From IMG/VR virus record IMGVR_UViG_3300010002_000006, positions 124,001-188,000 of that record: a stretch of DNA of 64,000 nucleotides. One strand, given 5' to 3'. Below, in pieces: positions 55,904 through 64,000 of the stretch; within the stretch, counting starts at the first letter, position 1; every line of letters begins with the position of its first letter. The stretch comes from an uncultured virus (IMG/VR IMGVR_UViG_3300010002_000006) (Duplodnaviria > Heunggongvirae > Uroviricota > Caudoviricetes). The translations under genes were made by a program, and so were the position numbers. The notes beneath the pieces are model-generated. The model saw only the letters and a program-made list of their open reading frames with translations. It was not told where the DNA came from and did no database searches.

Positions 55904-56110
55904 TTAAAAGGTTGTTCCGAAAGACTCGACATTAGGAATGTTCTTCTGAAAGTCCATACCTGATTTAAACGCTCGACATTCTTTATCGGAATAATGATAG
56001 ATCTCGTTCAATTTAAGTTTCAGGTTAGCTTCTAAATAACTATTGCCTGAATCAACCGCCGATTGAATACGAGATTGAAGCAGTGATACAAGTTCAGTTT
56101 TGTTGTCCAT
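55904..56110 (-). CDS. Small hypothetical early protein
   Basis: 68 aa; first gene after promoter motif. Confidence 0.65.
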   Translation of the reverse strand: MDNKTELVSLLQSRIQSAVDSGNSYLEANLKLKLNEIYHYSDKECRAFKSGMDFQKNIPNVESFGTTF

Positions 56111-56140
56111 ACATGTTCCTGAATTAAATTAGTTAAGTTT

Positions 56141-56167
56141 ATTACTTTAATGATATAGGTCTGTTTC
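56141..56167 (-). promoter_or_regulatory. Putative phage early promoter
   Basis: ACAGACCTATATCATTAAAGTA (core 56150..56157). Confidence 0.65.
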
Positions 56168-56247
56168 TGAATGCAAGTGAACTATACTTTGTAACGCGCT
56201 GTACAGCGCTCTAAGCTTATGTATGAATAGATGAAGGTAATCGCCTT

Positions 56248-58572
56248 ATGAGTCCAGCAGAAAGAGCCAAGCAGGTTCTGGAGCATCTTGGGTTGAAACA
56301 CTCAAACCTCCCAGAATACTTGATGGACGACAAAAACAAACGAACCCCCTTGCACGACGAAGAGCACCGCCTGCTTGCTCACTGGGAAGAAGATACCCTG
56401 TGGACATTAAAGACCTGTCGCTTCCTCAAAGACTTTCAGCGCTACGATGCAGGTATTCATTTCAATACCTCAAACAAATCGTTTAAACGTACGGCTGAAC
56501 TCTTTCGTTCCATGGGTGTCAAGAACTATTACTTCATGTTGCAGCTTAATAACCCAATGCTGCAAGATGTCGATCCCTGGGATCCCACCCTGGATGACGT
56601 GACCAAAGCCATGATCCACGCCGAATGTAACGAGAACATCTGGTACATCATTCGTGAAGTTGTGGTGATCGGTGGCCGGCGCTTTAAAGGTAACCGCGCA
56701 GTGCTCTCCTTTATCTGGGCGTGTCTGTGTCATATCCCAACTACTATTCTGATGCCACGTCAGTCAGGCAAGACCGTAGGGATGCAGGTACTGGCCTTTG
56801 TAATGCAGTACTTTATCGGAAGGGGATACCGAACCGGGTTAATAACTCTTGCGGCCTCGAACCGTATGCAGTTCGTGGAAGCGATTAAAAAGATCCGTGC
56901 AGGCTTGCCAGACTACCTCATCAATATCACCTATAAAGATAAAGATGCGGGTAACATTCTCTCCTATGAAGCATTCGGGGAGAAGTTTAAAAATACTTTT
57001 GAAGTTCGTGTTCCATCAGGCGGTCGCGATGGTGCTGAGAACGTCAGTCGTGGTGCAACTCTTGAAGCGCTGTTGTATGACGAACCGGCCTGGACCAAGT
57101 TTATTGAGGAGATCATCAACGGCTCGGGTCCTGCGACCCTGACTGCCCAACGTGAAGCGCGTGAGAAAGGGGTTCCTTACTTTACTGCGAAAGCTACCAC
57201 ACCGAACTCGATCTTAAAAGAAGAAGGTCGGTATATGCACCAGGACTTCATGGATTCCACTGAGTGGCGGGAAACTTTCTTTGACAGCTTCTCGGAATCG
57301 CACCTGGTTCAGCGTTTAATTCGTGCGTCGCCCATCACAACCACCTCGCCTAAACTGGGAATGATGTTTACTCACCTGCAGTTGGGCTTTGGTCACATGT
57401 GGGTCAAAGAGACCATGGATAAACTGGGCTTGTCCTGGTCCAAGGCCAAGATCGACTTGTTGATGATGTGGACTGAAGAGGGGATGAACAAACTCTTTGA
57501 TGACTACGTCCGTGAACGGTTAGCCGAGTGCAAAGAAGAACCGGTTTGGAATGAAGAGATTAATGACACAGGGTTGTTTATTGATTGGTTTATGAACAAG
57601 GAGAGTTTACACAGTTTGGCCGAAGACGAGGATGAGTTTATCCTCTTTGGAATGGATACGTCAGATGCGAACAACCGCGATGCCATGACGTTGGTAGCGA
57701 GGAGAATGAAGTCAGGTGAGAACATTGGGGTGGGACGGTATCCGTTGGCGTTTGCCGACGATGTTACTGAAATTCTAAAAGAACTTCTGATTCGTATTCC
57801 CCGCAGCCTGCTGATTATTGAGCGTAACCGCGCAGCGCACATGATCGAGCGTCTATTGCTGACTCTTCCGGCTTACAACATTGACCCGTTCCGTCGGATC
57901 TTCAATGACATTATTCAGGATCCGATTAAATACAAGAACGAGTTCCGTGATCTCTCAGAGGTACATTTCAAACACCGCAGTAAAGAGTTCTACTTGCGGT
58001 TCAAACGTTTCTTTGGTTTCTATACCGGTCCTGAAACGCGTCGCCAGATGTATGGCTTTATTCATGAGGCGGTGTCATTAACTGGCTCAGGGATTCGCTA
58101 TAAGTTGTTGGTCGATGAACTGATCGGGCTTGAGGTGAACAAGGATGGGCGTATTGACCACGGCAACAAAACCCACGATGACTTGGTGGTGGCCTGGTTA
58201 CTGACCTACTGGTTCATTAAGCTTGGGTACAACAAAAGCTATTATGGGATTCCGCAAGGCATGACCATGACGCAAGTCACCTCGCTGAAAGACAACAGTG
58301 AAGGACCCAAGTATACCCGCAACCAGTTGGAGTTCTTCTTAAAGGCCAAGACCCGTATTAACGACTTGACCAAAGAGTTGATGCAGTGTACCAACAACCT
58401 GATTGCCGAACGTATCGAACAGGAAATTCGCAAGCTCTCTGAAATCATCCCTAAAGAGCTCAAGAAGACCATCACGATCGATACCATTATTGAGGAAGCC
58501 AAAGCAGAACGCACCAAACGTGCGGTTGCCAAACGTTCTCGATTTGGTAATGTCAGTGTACGTCGTTATTGA
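56248..58572 (+). CDS. terL: Terminase large subunit
   Basis: Walker A MPRQSGKT, Walker B LLYDE, RNase H-like GMDTS, IIERN, HDDLVVA. Confidence 0.92.
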   Translation: MSPAERAKQVLEHLGLKHSNLPEYLMDDKNKRTPLHDEEHRLLAHWEEDTLWTLKTCRFLKDFQRYDAGIHFNTSNKSFKRTAELFRSMGVKNYYFMLQLNNPMLQDVDPWDPTLDDVTKAMIHAECNENIWYIIREVVVIGGRRFKGNRAVLSFIWACLCHIPTTILMPRQSGKTVGMQVLAFVMQYFIGRGYRTGLITLAASNRMQFVEAIKKIRAGLPDYLINITYKDKDAGNILSYEAFGEKFKNTFEVRVPSGGRDGAENVSRGATLEALLYDEPAWTKFIEEIINGSGPATLTAQREAREKGVPYFTAKATTPNSILKEEGRYMHQDFMDSTEWRETFFDSFSESHLVQRLIRASPITTTSPKLGMMFTHLQLGFGHMWVKETMDKLGLSWSKAKIDLLMMWTEEGMNKLFDDYVRERLAECKEEPVWNEEINDTGLFIDWFMNKESLHSLAEDEDEFILFGMDTSDANNRDAMTLVARRMKSGENIGVGRYPLAFADDVTEILKELLIRIPRSLLIIERNRAAHMIERLLLTLPAYNIDPFRRIFNDIIQDPIKYKNEFRDLSEVHFKHRSKEFYLRFKRFFGFYTGPETRRQMYGFIHEAVSLTGSGIRYKLLVDELIGLEVNKDGRIDHGNKTHDDLVVAWLLTYWFIKLGYNKSYYGIPQGMTMTQVTSLKDNSEGPKYTRNQLEFFLKAKTRINDLTKELMQCTNNLIAERIEQEIRKLSEIIPKELKKTITIDTIIEEAKAERTKRAVAKRSRFGNVSVRRY

Positions 58573-58593
58573 CAAAAAAAAAACAAGTGATAA

Positions 58594-58623
58594 AGAACTC
58601 CTACCCGGTTGGGTAGGAGTTCT
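58594..58623. terminator. Terminator hairpin
   Basis: AGAACTCCTACCC/GGGTAGGAGTTCT between convergent genes. Confidence 0.8.
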
Positions 58624-58628
58624 GTTTG

Positions 58629-59192
58629 TTATGGGATGTTAACTGTCAGACCTTTATCCAGCGGATTGGTACTGAGATAGTGCGCCAGTGTTGAGAACAG
58701 GTCACTGTGATTCTCGCTGCGATGCGGAGCAGAGTAGATTAACCTTGTGCCCACATTAGCCAGAACATCAATAAACTGAATTTTTCCTGTTGGTACCGCA
58801 TCACAGTAAATTTGAGCTGCTAATCCAAAGCCCAACGCCACACCTTCAAATTCGGGACCTTGGATAACATCCATCATTCGACCTACTGCCGCGTGAATCG
58901 CGTTCTGCACAAACGGATAGCAACCTTTAGAGAATTCTTCTTTAACAGTATGTACTCCCATTGCCCGCTCGGCACATCCCCGTAGCTTAGCGATATCAAT
59001 GGTACAGATTTGTTCGCCTTCTACTTCGATGTTATAAAAGGTGTTGTTACCATGAATGGTTCGAATCGCGGTGACTTTATGTCCTTCATTCACAATGATG
59101 ATGCGCGGATAGTCGCCTTTGGTAACAGCCTCTTCCAGCTGGTTAACAAAACTAAGTGCAACAAGGTTAATGTTTTCTTGAGTTAATAACAT
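58629..59192 (-). CDS. Hypothetical early protein
   Basis: 187 aa; own promoter motif at 59261..59268. Confidence 0.7.
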   Translation of the reverse strand: MLLTQENINLVALSFVNQLEEAVTKGDYPRIIIVNEGHKVTAIRTIHGNNTFYNIEVEGEQICTIDIAKLRGCAERAMGVHTVKEEFSKGCYPFVQNAIHAAVGRMMDVIQGPEFEGVALGFGLAAQIYCDAVPTGKIQFIDVLANVGTRLIYSAPHRSENHSDLFSTLAHYLSTNPLDKGLTVNIP

Positions 59193-59250
59193 AACGGATC
59201 TCTCTAAGTTAAGGAGTGGGGTTTAGTCCCGATTAAAAATGTGTTGATTT

Positions 59251-59280
59251 ATACACAATAATAATATCCGTTTGAAAATA
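59251..59280 (-). promoter_or_regulatory. Putative phage early promoter
   Basis: TTTCAAACGGATATTATTATTGTGTA. Confidence 0.6.
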
Positions 59281-59290
59281 TATAGAAGAA

Positions 59291-59318
59291 GCTACTCTAC
59301 CCAACCGGGTAGAGTAGC
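59291..59318 (-). terminator. Terminator hairpin
   Basis: GCTACTCTACCC/GGGTAGAGTAGC. Confidence 0.75.
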
Positions 59319-59326
59319 CTAATCAA

Positions 59327-61084
59327 TTAGATCTTCACTTCTTCACACACGGCAGCAGATACACCCAACTGCAGTTCGTTGCCAGAATCATCCCGACGGG
59401 TCCAGCGAATAAAGACACCTTCGCCTGTGGTCAGTGACATGTCACTGATCGGTAACTGGTTAAACGCCGCAATTGGAATCGCTGTGCGAGCGGTACCGTC
59501 AATGCGCACTAAATCAAAGTGCGTAGGTTCCGGTGCCTTGACTTCTTGACGCGGATCAAAGATCGGCTCAAATTGCCAGTACGCTTTTTGCAGGAAGTCC
59601 GCCAGATCGGTTGCCGTGAAACTTGCCAGCAGTCCCTGACCTATGTCGTTGCGGAATGCAAGCTTGAGGCTTGAGAACGCAGGGCGACTGTAGGAGTGAC
59701 GCACGTCCCATTTACGACCCGGTGATGTTGCTGGGTTATAAAGGGTGATCGTGGTATGCTGGGTAAATGTCCACGGTTCATAGATCGCCGAGACATCACG
59801 CAAGTTCAGGTTAAAGATCAGCGGTTGTTCCTGACCGTAGAGCTGACCGTTGAATACCGGTGATGCCTCGTTCAAGGTTTCCTTGCCCGTGATATCACGA
59901 CAGTACTTACGATCCAGATCCGTCAGGAAGTGCTTGAGACGCCAACCCACTGCTGGATCCCAGTACGGGTAGCTGTAGATACGCGGACTGTACGCACCTT
60001 CGGCTGGTGTGGCCACAATCTCATAGACTTCAGACATGTGACGCGGTGCACCAGCTTGAACAATCGACGCTTGCTCACTTTCACTGAAGAAGTAGGACAA
60101 TACCAAATCTTCAGAGATCTGACCCGGTGTCGTGGGTTTGTACTGCGACACACCGTCCAAGCGGAAACCGTTGTCCCCGTTATAGGAGTTCACCGGATGT
60201 TCTTCCACATCGCCATTACTGTAGCGTACCAGGGCCCGGAATTCCACTGAGGTCAGCGGCAGGTTGATTGGTACGAACATGGTATTAGGTTTAGTGGAGT
60301 TAGTGAACCACGGCGCCACCAGTTCAATCCCGGTCACGTACCGTTTGTCCAACTGATGATCACGCATGTAACCACAGTTCTGAACCACTACCGGATAGGT
60401 CGGTGGAATCGGACGTCCTGCCTGATCATAATAGACCAGCGTACAGCGTGTGCCGTTGGGGAGCTCTGCTTCGTTCTTGGTGACACTGAAGCGATTGCAT
60501 CCCATGATCGTGATGTTCTCCAGGTTATCAAACACAATCGGCGCAACCGTGATCTGGTTGTTGATAATGTCTTGACCGGCGTAACTGGCCGAGATCACTT
60601 CCGGGGTATTCGCATCCCCTGTGACATTCCCGATCAGTGAACCTTTATACAGAAGCGCATACGCGGCATTCGGTGCTGTGGCATTGGCATCAACGGCAGC
60701 AACCGACGGACGAGAGGTAAAGTCAATTGTTAATGCCAGTTCGCCTGAGAGGAATCCGTACTCATGCTGCGGGAACAGCGTATAGTCCGAGGTCTCTTTT
60801 TCCGGCAACAGGAAGAAGTTAACAAAGGTTGACTTCCAGGTGTTGAACTTATCCACATGGGAGACTTTCAGTAAACGCTGCGCTGCAACGTCCACGACAA
60901 TCTCACCTTCCAGCGGCACGACGTAACGTGCCATATCTTTTATCGGGTGAACATCCGGATCAAAGCACTGATCCAGATAGAGTACCCGTTTTAAATCCCC
61001 TTCGTTACGCACCCCAACGTCGTTACCGGGAGCAACCCCGGACGTATCGCCAGGTGACTTGGGGAGACCATCAAACATTCCCAT
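59327..61084 (-). CDS. Virion structural protein (phiKZ gp26-like position)
   Basis: 585 aa, beta-rich; next to terminase; synteny only. Confidence 0.5.
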   Translation of the reverse strand: MGMFDGLPKSPGDTSGVAPGNDVGVRNEGDLKRVLYLDQCFDPDVHPIKDMARYVVPLEGEIVVDVAAQRLLKVSHVDKFNTWKSTFVNFFLLPEKETSDYTLFPQHEYGFLSGELALTIDFTSRPSVAAVDANATAPNAAYALLYKGSLIGNVTGDANTPEVISASYAGQDIINNQITVAPIVFDNLENITIMGCNRFSVTKNEAELPNGTRCTLVYYDQAGRPIPPTYPVVVQNCGYMRDHQLDKRYVTGIELVAPWFTNSTKPNTMFVPINLPLTSVEFRALVRYSNGDVEEHPVNSYNGDNGFRLDGVSQYKPTTPGQISEDLVLSYFFSESEQASIVQAGAPRHMSEVYEIVATPAEGAYSPRIYSYPYWDPAVGWRLKHFLTDLDRKYCRDITGKETLNEASPVFNGQLYGQEQPLIFNLNLRDVSAIYEPWTFTQHTTITLYNPATSPGRKWDVRHSYSRPAFSSLKLAFRNDIGQGLLASFTATDLADFLQKAYWQFEPIFDPRQEVKAPEPTHFDLVRIDGTARTAIPIAAFNQLPISDMSLTTGEGVFIRWTRRDDSGNELQLGVSAAVCEEVKI

Positions 61085-63893
61085 TTTTCACCTCAAAGTG
61101 TCCCTCAATTGCCACCTTGCCTTGCAAGTAGAGTTCGTTCACCATTTTGATAAAGGTCAACTGATCCGGTGTGACAACAGGACGGGTATAGTTGCTGTAT
61201 GGATGAACGGTGAAGTACTGCCAATCAAACCCAATGATCACGGGATCGTATTTCAACAACCACTCGTAATCCTTGATGAGCTCTTCCACCGTCTGCGGCG
61301 GATAGGGTACGGTTTTACCCGACGGGGTCGGTGCAGTCATAAAGCCCAGCACTAACTCGTTCACTACCATACTCAAGAACGGACTGAACAAAGTATATTT
61401 GTCCTCAGCCAGGTAGATCGTGTTCTTGGGTTGCTTGGGTTTGTAGTCCACATATTCCGTGAGATACTTGCTGACCGTTTCATCCAAATCACGGGCAGCT
61501 TGGTAGCCCCAATACGCATCGTACTTATCCACATACTTGTTGGCTAAATAGATGTGCTTGACTTCATAGGGACGACCGTTGAGTGCTTTGAGATTCTCAC
61601 CGTGGTGAATGTCTTCTGCCCAATCCACCGTTGAGGTCAGGAACAGACGCCCGTTCAGAATCGTTTTGGTAGGACGATCGATACGCAGGTTGTAACGCCC
61701 GTTGTACCCAATGACGCCGTCAGCCACAATCCCCAGTTCACTGGTGCGCACCAACCCGTTACGAGACAGACCTGTACCACGATACTGAATGAACTGCGGA
61801 CCGTCTACTAACCACATCTTGTTAATGAGATAGACATTCGGGAAGTCCAGAATGTAATCCACATTCTCAATCAACGGATGACGGTTTAACCAGATGTCGA
61901 TCTGACCCGGTTGCAACGGCAGTTGAATCCCGCCCACTTTCCACTTATGCGTAATCCCAAAGCTCAGGGAGTTATCAATGTGAGACAGTGAGAACTCGTT
62001 ATAGAGGTGTGCGGAATCAAACACCACCATACCGACCCAGTTTACGGTATCAAACTTCCAGACCACATAACCGTCAACAATCTCATACTGCGTTTTGTCA
62101 TCGGTGATATCAATCCAGTCACCGTATGGGCGTCCACCCGGTGGTAAGTCGTTTGCACCCTCATCGGTGTTCTCGGTGTCCTTGTAGATCTTGAGTTCCC
62201 GGCCTTTCTCTCCGTAAGGATTAGTGCCGTCGGTGGAAACCATGATCTCATTGGGAAGGTCATCGGGATTGTAGTCAGGGTCAATTGCCCACTGCGCTTT
62301 GTACAGACGGAACCCGAATCCTTCTTTGAGCTTGACATCCTTTTTGCTGATAATGTAATCCAGCCAGGTTGTTGCTCGTCCCAATGCCCATTCAACGTAG
62401 AACGCATCCACACCCGGTGAATACCACTGTCGACCCGTGACCCTTACTTTGCGAATCAGCAACCCTTCTTTATTATACTCGTAGGCGGTTGAGCTCTCAC
62501 GGAATGAATGAGGAATCTCATAGCCCAATCCCGAGGTAAAGGGGGCAGTAGGGTAGAAGTCATCGAAGCCCACATCTTCCGGCGTGACATACGGCATATA
62601 CAGAGGTGTGTTGGACATCGCCATGCTGCAGCCGTGATAACCCAGCGCATTACGTACCGCTTCAGTACGCAAAGATTGTACCACTGAACTTAAGATCTGG
62701 TTCACCGGCGCATTCTCAAGCGTTGCCGCTTGCCACTCTTTGACGTTGGAATTGGACCCGGTCATTGCTCCCACAATCAGGCTGGGATCTTCCAGCAGAT
62801 AGAGATCATTAAGACGACTGGAGGTAGGACCCAGTTTTGTCTGCCAACGGGTTTTGTGATATGCCACCTGAATCTGAATATCCGCCATCTTGGATTTCTG
62901 ACTCGGGTCTTCACTGATCAGTCGATTACCCAGATACTCTACGTAGTCTGCGGCCATGCCGTAGTCCTGATGAGTTAACTGGCGAACCGCGTCAATAGAG
63001 TTACGGTTGAAGTAATAACCTTCTTGCGTGCGTTTATTGAAGATATAAAAATGGCAATCAGCAAAGTAACGATAGAAATGTGGGCGATCCATAAACGCAG
63101 GAAACAAGATTACCTTGCGTTTGCTGTCAAGCGTAGACAGGTAGTCTGGCATGGTGCGATAGTCATAGGAGAGAATCATCTCAATCGACGGATCGTAACA
63201 CACTTCCACCAAATCCCCGGCACGCACATTTGCAGTATCAATGGACTTGATCTTGCCGTTGTGGAAGAAGGTGACCATGCCCATATTAAACGCTTTCCAC
63301 GCATCGTAATTGGTACGCAGTCTTACCATGTCGTCACTGCGACGATAGAGGCCACCCACGTAACCGTAGGTCTGCTTCAGGCGGTTAGCTTCACTCACAG
63401 TACGAACATTGATGTCAGAACTGTAACAGTGAAGGTAGAGATTTTTATCCAGCGGCAGCGGGAAGTTTTTGTTAACAGGAATTGCCACCAACGTCGGCCC
63501 GTTAAAGCACGGCATGATCAACGCCGCTTCACGCGGGAACATTGAGCCGTCTCCTTTATAGATGTCGATGGCGACACCCCGGTTACGCGCATAGTCAGCA
63601 GCTGTGACCCAGGTATCAACAGGATACCAGCCTTTGCCTCGGTTTCCGAAATTCCAGAAGCCGGTGTCTAATCCACCCAACGTAAAGATGTGGTAGAAGG
63701 TATAAGTAGTTGGCAAATAACGCCGTTTACCCATGTAGACAAAATCATTAACAAAGCCTTGGACTGTAGAGACACGCGCCAGTTTGATCTGGTATTGTTG
63801 GGGAAGTTCAGGGTTCCCCCACATATTGTGAACACTATAGTCTACAAGTGGGTTATCTTCCTGGGTGTAGTTTTTCTCATAAGCAGTTGACAT
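61071..63893 (-). CDS. Large virion structural protein (phiKZ gp27-like position)
   Basis: 940 aa; coupled to 59327..61084; synteny and size only. Confidence 0.5.
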   Translation of the reverse strand: MSTAYEKNYTQEDNPLVDYSVHNMWGNPELPQQYQIKLARVSTVQGFVNDFVYMGKRRYLPTTYTFYHIFTLGGLDTGFWNFGNRGKGWYPVDTWVTAADYARNRGVAIDIYKGDGSMFPREAALIMPCFNGPTLVAIPVNKNFPLPLDKNLYLHCYSSDINVRTVSEANRLKQTYGYVGGLYRRSDDMVRLRTNYDAWKAFNMGMVTFFHNGKIKSIDTANVRAGDLVEVCYDPSIEMILSYDYRTMPDYLSTLDSKRKVILFPAFMDRPHFYRYFADCHFYIFNKRTQEGYYFNRNSIDAVRQLTHQDYGMAADYVEYLGNRLISEDPSQKSKMADIQIQVAYHKTRWQTKLGPTSSRLNDLYLLEDPSLIVGAMTGSNSNVKEWQAATLENAPVNQILSSVVQSLRTEAVRNALGYHGCSMAMSNTPLYMPYVTPEDVGFDDFYPTAPFTSGLGYEIPHSFRESSTAYEYNKEGLLIRKVRVTGRQWYSPGVDAFYVEWALGRATTWLDYIISKKDVKLKEGFGFRLYKAQWAIDPDYNPDDLPNEIMVSTDGTNPYGEKGRELKIYKDTENTDEGANDLPPGGRPYGDWIDITDDKTQYEIVDGYVVWKFDTVNWVGMVVFDSAHLYNEFSLSHIDNSLSFGITHKWKVGGIQLPLQPGQIDIWLNRHPLIENVDYILDFPNVYLINKMWLVDGPQFIQYRGTGLSRNGLVRTSELGIVADGVIGYNGRYNLRIDRPTKTILNGRLFLTSTVDWAEDIHHGENLKALNGRPYEVKHIYLANKYVDKYDAYWGYQAARDLDETVSKYLTEYVDYKPKQPKNTIYLAEDKYTLFSPFLSMVVNELVLGFMTAPTPSGKTVPYPPQTVEELIKDYEWLLKYDPVIIGFDWQYFTVHPYSNYTRPVVTPDQLTFIKMVNELYLQGKVAIEGHFEVKNGNV

Positions 63894-63918
63894 TGAGTTA
63901 CCCCAAGATAAAAAACAA

Positions 63919-64000
63919 TCAACGACCGGCCAGATAGAAGGAAACGGTTTGAATAAAGTTCGTTACCGAACTGTCGTTCTTGACGTTTAATTCCTGACCC
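63919..64000 (-). CDS. 3' end of an upstream gene (partial)
   Basis: Open frame ...GQELNVKNDSSVTNFIQTVSFYLAGR-stop. Confidence 0.45.
   Translation of the reverse strand, partial: GQELNVKNDSSVTNFIQTVSFYLAGR

Noticed and set aside
22680..56230. TATG late-promoter motifs upstream of plus-strand genes
   Set aside because: A 4-mer is too common to call without TSS data
1..64000. Stop-codon recoding or inteins in core genes
   Set aside because: Core genes are full length in the standard code, no suppressor tRNA was seen, and no intein-sized insertions or intein end motifs were evident

Overview
64 kb of a phiKZ-like, nucleus-forming jumbo phage genome (Chimalliviridae-type), probably infecting an Erwinia/Pantoea-like enterobacterium (inferred from an AmsF/WceF-like gene). 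The minus strand carries the conserved core block: PhuZ tubulin, family-B DNA polymerase, chimallin, non-virion RNA polymerase subunits, SbcD-like nuclease, ChmC-like, gp68-like, PicA-like and an SF2 helicase. Next come about 16 kb of early-type hypothetical genes (30.3-45.9 kb) and a 3.3 kb plus-strand RNA island (46.5-49.85 kb). The window ends with thymidylate kinase, the terminase large subunit and virion genes. Most notable observations: (1) the RNA island, with a tRNA-Asn whose anticodon arm is replaced by an HNH gene, several tRNA-like RNAs, closed-stem RNAs and a pseudoknotted hammerhead ribozyme; (2) a Tad1-like domain fused to an Acb1-like 2H phosphoesterase; (3) a lambda-type GGGAAAG -1 frameshift in an early four-paralogue array; (4) a free-standing 45-aa peptide resembling the redox C-tail of ribonucleotide reductase, next to a glutaredoxin. 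All homology calls come from motif recognition and gene order recalled from memory. No searches or folding programs were run.
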